A DNA stretch of 64,000 nucleotides from Polyangiales bacterium (lineage in GTDB: Bacteria; Myxococcota_A; Polyangia; Polyangiales; Polyangiaceae): contig JBBRNJ010000001.1 of NCBI GenBank assembly GCA_038230375.1, positions 224,001 through 288,000 on the forward strand. The letters are read 5' to 3'. Below the pieces are notes generated by a model. It did no database searches and was not told the origin of the DNA. It saw only the letters and a program-made list of their open reading frames with translations. A program made the translations under genes and the position numbers. Of this stretch, positions 55,575 through 64,000 are shown one piece after another (positions within the stretch are counted from its first letter, which is position 1; the number at the start of each line of letters is the position of its first letter).

Positions 55575-56901
55575 AGGTGACCTCGCGCGAGAGCAGCGTG
55601 CTCCCGGACAATCCGAGGATCGAGAAGCTCGCCGGTGCGTGCACCGAGCGCAGTACGCGACGGCCGGCTGCGGCCTCCAGCGACGTGGCGAGCGCTCCGC
55701 CGATGTCGACGTCGCCACCGACCTTTTGACCGTCCGCGCCCGCCAGCGCGAAGTACTCGCGCTCACCGGCGACGAAGGCAACGCCGAACGTGCCCTGCCC
55801 GCGCGCCACGCCAAGCACGTTCGACGCGGTGCTGATCCGCGTCGCGGTGCCACCGGCGGAGTAGCGCCCGAGCATGAGGTTCTGGCCCGCGCTGCCCACG
55901 TCGTCGAACCCCAGATCACCGAACACGGCGCCACCATCACCCGACGCGCTGGTACCTGGCGTCTCCAACCATGCGCCATACGGGTCACCGTCGCCGTAGA
56001 CGAACGCGACCGCCGAGCCCTTGGGCACGAAAGGCCCGACCTCGAGCGCGAGATCATCGCGCACCACGTACGAGCCCGTGCTGAGGCGCGCTAGGAGAGT
56101 CCCGTTCGACAGCGAAAGGCGTGGGAGCACGGCGGCAGAGACGAACCAGCTTGGTACCGGCAGGTGCTCGACCGCGACGCCAAGGGGGTCCATGCGCACC
56201 ACGCCGCCGAAGGGCTTGGTCTTCCCCTGCTGCACAGCCGAGTAGAAGATGAACGTGGTGCCGCGCTTGGCGACCGCTGTTGCCTGTATAGTACAATCAT
56301 CGCAGGCACGCGCGAGCTCGGCGGAGAACGAGGTCCCGCCGCTCGAGACCGCATATCGAAGCGCGGCGCCCGTGTGGACCAGGCCGTCTGGGTCGGTATG
56401 CGTGCTCTGCTCGACCCAGGAAAAGAGCACGGCCTGACCGGTGTAGGTTGCAGCTATCTGCACGGTGCTGCCCGCGCGCGCCTGAAGCTCCATTGGCGCC
56501 ACGAACGTCTTGCGGATGAATGCGCCGGGACTGACCGCAGAGACCACGATGTCCACCTTGCTCGGCACGGGCGAAGTGAGCGCGACGGTGCCGAAGCCTC
56601 CGAGCCCGCCCGCGCCCGCGCCGGTTTCCGCGACATCACCAGCCTCCACGCCCGCATCGGCCTCGGGCTTCTTGTACGTGATGAAGCGAAGGACCGTGTC
56701 GCCGGCGGGACCTTCGAGGAGCGTGCCCGAGAGTCCATCCAGGCTCGGGTCGGAGAAGAGCGTCACCTCGTCGGAGAGGCGGCACGGCTCCTTGAAGCGG
56801 GAACATCCGAGCTGTGCACCAGGCAGCGACCACGCCGTCGCGATGAGCACGATGCAGCCGCACAGGTGAGGCGCCGCACGTCGCAGGCGCAGTGTGTTCA
56901 C
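55567..56901 (-). CDS. Hypothetical lipoprotein
   Basis: QLGC lipobox-like, beta-rich; GTG overlaps the gltD stop. Confidence 0.6.
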   Translation of the reverse strand: MNTLRLRRAAPHLCGCIVLIATAWSLPGAQLGCSRFKEPCRLSDEVTLFSDPSLDGLSGTLLEGPAGDTVLRFITYKKPEADAGVEAGDVAETGAGAGGLGGFGTVALTSPVPSKVDIVVSAVSPGAFIRKTFVAPMELQARAGSTVQIAATYTGQAVLFSWVEQSTHTDPDGLVHTGAALRYAVSSGGTSFSAELARACDDCTIQATAVAKRGTTFIFYSAVQQGKTKPFGGVVRMDPLGVAVEHLPVPSWFVSAAVLPRLSLSNGTLLARLSTGSYVVRDDLALEVGPFVPKGSAVAFVYGDGDPYGAWLETPGTSASGDGGAVFGDLGFDDVGSAGQNLMLGRYSAGGTATRISTASNVLGVARGQGTFGVAFVAGEREYFALAGADGQKVGGDVDIGGALATSLEAAAGRRVLRSVHAPASFSILGLSGSTLLSREVTCD

Positions 56902-58304
56902 GAGTCGCGAAGCGCCGCGTGAATACCGTCGGCAGCGCGACGACCGTCCGCGATGGCCCAGACCACGAGCGACTGACCGCGCGATGCGTCGCCGGTGGCG
57001 AAGACCTTCGGTACGCTCGTGCGGCCCGTCGCGTCGGTGGGGACGTTGCCGCGTGCATCCAGCGTGAGCCCGAGCAGCTCCGGAAGACCGCGCTCGGGGC
57101 CGGTGAAGCCCATGCACAGGAGGCATAGCTCGGTTGGAATGGAGAGGTCGGTCCCGGGCTGCGGCGTGATCTTTCCGCCACGCAGCTGCGCGCGCACCGC
57201 CGAGAGCCCTGCGAGCGTGCGCCCGTCCGCGGCGGCCACGAAGCCCGTGGTCATCACGCCGAAGTCGCGCTCGCAACCCTCTTCCTGCGATGACGATGTG
57301 CGGAAGACCAACGGCCACTCGGGCCATGGGTTCTCAGGCATCCGCGTGAGGCTCGGCCTGGGCATGAGCTCAAGCTGCATCACCGAGAGCGCGCCCTGAC
57401 GGATCGACGTGCCCACGCAGTCGGAGCCAGTGTCGCCGCCACCAATGACGACCACGCGCTTGCCCGTTGCCAGGAGCTCCCGCTCCTTTGGCACGCTCAC
57501 GCCCGCGACGCGATCGTTCTGCTGCGAGAGAAAGTCCATGGCGTAGTGCACACCGACGAGCTCACGCCCGGGTGTGGCAAGATCCCTGGGCACGCGCGAG
57601 CCGGTGGCAAGGAGCACGGCGTCGTAGGCGAAGAGGTCGTCCTTGGTGACGTCGCTGCCCACGTCGACGCGCGTGCGGAACGTGACGCCACGCGCGGCGA
57701 GCTCGTTCACGCGGTCGTCGATGAGCCACTTTTCGAGCTTGAAATCCGGGATCCCGTAGCGGAGCAAACCACCGATTCGCGCGTCGCGCTCGAAGACGGT
57801 GACTGCGTGTCCGCGCTTCTGCAGCTCGTCGGCGGCAGCCAGACCCGCGGGGCCGGAGCCCACGATGGCGACCTTGCGGCCCGTGGGCGTGATGTCGATC
57901 GCGGCCAGCTTTGGGTGCGCGCGCGGGCTCCGAGCGATCGCGCGCTCGATGTCCTTGATGGTGACGGGCTCACCGTCCAGGTTGAGCACGCACGACGCCT
58001 CGCATGGGGCAGGACAGATGCGACCGGTGATCTCGGGGAAGTTGTTCGTGGCGAGCAGGCGGGCGGCCGCACCCTCCATGTCGCCGCGGTAGACCAGGTC
58101 GTTCCACTCCGGAATCAGGTTTCCCAGCGGACAGCCTTGATGGCAGAACGGTATGCCGCAGTCCATGCAGCGCGACGCCTGCGAGAGGAGCTCCTCCGGC
58201 GGCGGATCGATCGTGAACTCGTGCCAGGTCTTGATGCGCTCCGGAGCCGGGGCCTCCTTCGCCTTGTGCCGCTTCACCTTGAGGAACGCGCGCGGATCAC
58301 CCAT
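56898..58304 (-). CDS. gltD: Glutamate synthase small subunit
   Basis: RCMDCGIPFC, TNNFPE, GRICPAPCE, GSGPAG, GGGDTGSDC, RGQSLVVWAI. Confidence 0.96.
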   Translation of the reverse strand: MGDPRAFLKVKRHKAKEAPAPERIKTWHEFTIDPPPEELLSQASRCMDCGIPFCHQGCPLGNLIPEWNDLVYRGDMEGAAARLLATNNFPEITGRICPAPCEASCVLNLDGEPVTIKDIERAIARSPRAHPKLAAIDITPTGRKVAIVGSGPAGLAAADELQKRGHAVTVFERDARIGGLLRYGIPDFKLEKWLIDDRVNELAARGVTFRTRVDVGSDVTKDDLFAYDAVLLATGSRVPRDLATPGRELVGVHYAMDFLSQQNDRVAGVSVPKERELLATGKRVVVIGGGDTGSDCVGTSIRQGALSVMQLELMPRPSLTRMPENPWPEWPLVFRTSSSQEEGCERDFGVMTTGFVAAADGRTLAGLSAVRAQLRGGKITPQPGTDLSIPTELCLLCMGFTGPERGLPELLGLTLDARGNVPTDATGRTSVPKVFATGDASRGQSLVVWAIADGRRAADGIHAALRDS

Positions 58305-58305
58305 G

Positions 58306-62820
<4,515 letters not shown>

Positions 62821-63111
62821 TGCGAAGCGAGCATAGCGCGACCCTGACGCGACGCGCCAGATGCCCACGCTGAGAGGCGACGCACGCGACATGGGACTAC
62901 ACCAGCACGTGTAGGCAGCTCACCGAGACGGCGCGCATCCGGCGCCAACGTGTGCGAAATCTGCGGCGATTTGCCGAAGATTTCAGCGCCTGCACACCAT
63001 CAACAACTTGATACGCGAAGGAGACGGTGACACGATTTCAAATAGGGGAGTTCGTCGGCGAAGACTAGCTGATGCCTGCCCGACGCTGATGAAGAAAGTG
63101 AGCATGCGCTG

Positions 63112-64000
63112 ATGAGAATGCCGAGACTCGCGACGTGGACCTTCGTTCTGGCCCTTCCCGTCACCGCCTGGGTGGTCGCGTGCGGCGGAGGAACTGACTC
63201 CACGTTCAACGGCAACAACACGGACCAGCTCACAGGTGACACCGACGGCGGCGACGAGGGCGGCTCGGTCCCGCACCTTGGCGGCAACAACCACACGGAC
63301 AGCGGAAGCAACGGCGGCGGCGGCAGCAACGTGGATGGTGGACCGCAGTGCGTGTCCGGCCTCTGCAAGCAGCAGGTCTATTGTGGCGCCACCGCTCACA
63401 CCACGATCAGTGGTCAGGTCTTCAATCCTGCGGGCACGACGCCGCTCTACAACGTCCTCGTCTACGTTCCCAATCACCCCGAGCAGGTCGCTGCGATCAC
63501 CCACGGCGCGAGCTGCGATCGCTGCGGCTCCGTCTCCGGCGATCCGCTCGTCTCTGCGATCACCGACACGCACGGCAAGTTCACGCTGACGGATGTGCCC
63601 GTCGGCACCGACATCCCGCTCGTCATCCAGGTCGGCAAGTGGCGCCGACAGATCAAGATCCCCACGGTCGCGAAATGCGTCGACACTCCGCTCACCGACG
63701 TCACCCAGACGCGCCTGCCGAAGAACAAGACGGAGGGCGACATCCCGCTCATTGCGCTCACGACAGGCGGCGCGGACAGCCTGGAGTGCTTCCTCCGTTC
63801 GAGCAAGGTCGGTCTCGACGACAGCGAGTTCACGCAGCCCGGCGGCGGCGGCAGCGTCAACCTGTACGGCGGCGTCGCCGGCAGCGCGAAGTACGCGCCC
63901 GGGGTCAACGCTGGCGCGACGTTCCCCGCGGCGGACCACCCCTTCTGGGACGACGTGAACAAGCTGAAGGTCTACGACATGGTCGTGCTCTCCTGCGAAG
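63112..64000 (+). CDS. Lipoprotein with carboxypeptidase-regulatory-like beta domain (runs off the window)
   Basis: My translation: MRMPRLATWTFVLALPVTAWVVAC..., TTISGQVFNPAG..PLYNVLVYVP, QVGKWRRQ, TGGADSLECFLR; no stop before 64000, so absent from the ORF track. Confidence 0.75.
   Translation, partial: MRMPRLATWTFVLALPVTAWVVACGGGTDSTFNGNNTDQLTGDTDGGDEGGSVPHLGGNNHTDSGSNGGGGSNVDGGPQCVSGLCKQQVYCGATAHTTISGQVFNPAGTTPLYNVLVYVPNHPEQVAAITHGASCDRCGSVSGDPLVSAITDTHGKFTLTDVPVGTDIPLVIQVGKWRRQIKIPTVAKCVDTPLTDVTQTRLPKNKTEGDIPLIALTTGGADSLECFLRSSKVGLDDSEFTQPGGGGSVNLYGGVAGSAKYAPGVNAGATFPAADHPFWDDVNKLKVYDMVVLSCE

Overview
GC-rich window whose gene content (PEGA/TPR-kinase-lipoprotein cluster, tandem PilT, AgmK-like giant TPR protein, many Cys-rich lipoproteins) suggests a myxobacterium. 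The most unusual part is 222-3525, an RNA-rich Ro60/Rsr (TROVE-vWA) locus. It contains an atypical tRNA-Gly(TCC), rsr, a degenerate tRNA-Tyr(GTA)-like element, a tandem array of four Y-RNA-like units, an HNH nuclease and tRNA-Pro(CGG). Two of the four units carry a circularly permuted YrlA-type tRNA module and two are minimal. A second candidate uncharacterised system is a minus-strand trio at 11536-14940: J-domain/pseudokinase, vWA protein and a divergent adenylosuccinate-synthetase homologue, with a palindromic operator. The rest comprises frmA plus an amidohydrolase, divergent sulfate-assimilation operons (with an in-frame TGA in the porin gene), a small alarmone synthetase, an RRM protein, three GT-C-like membrane proteins, a non-canonical Hsp70, a ~4040-aa TPR protein and gltBD. 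All calls come from reading the sequence by eye; no searches were run.
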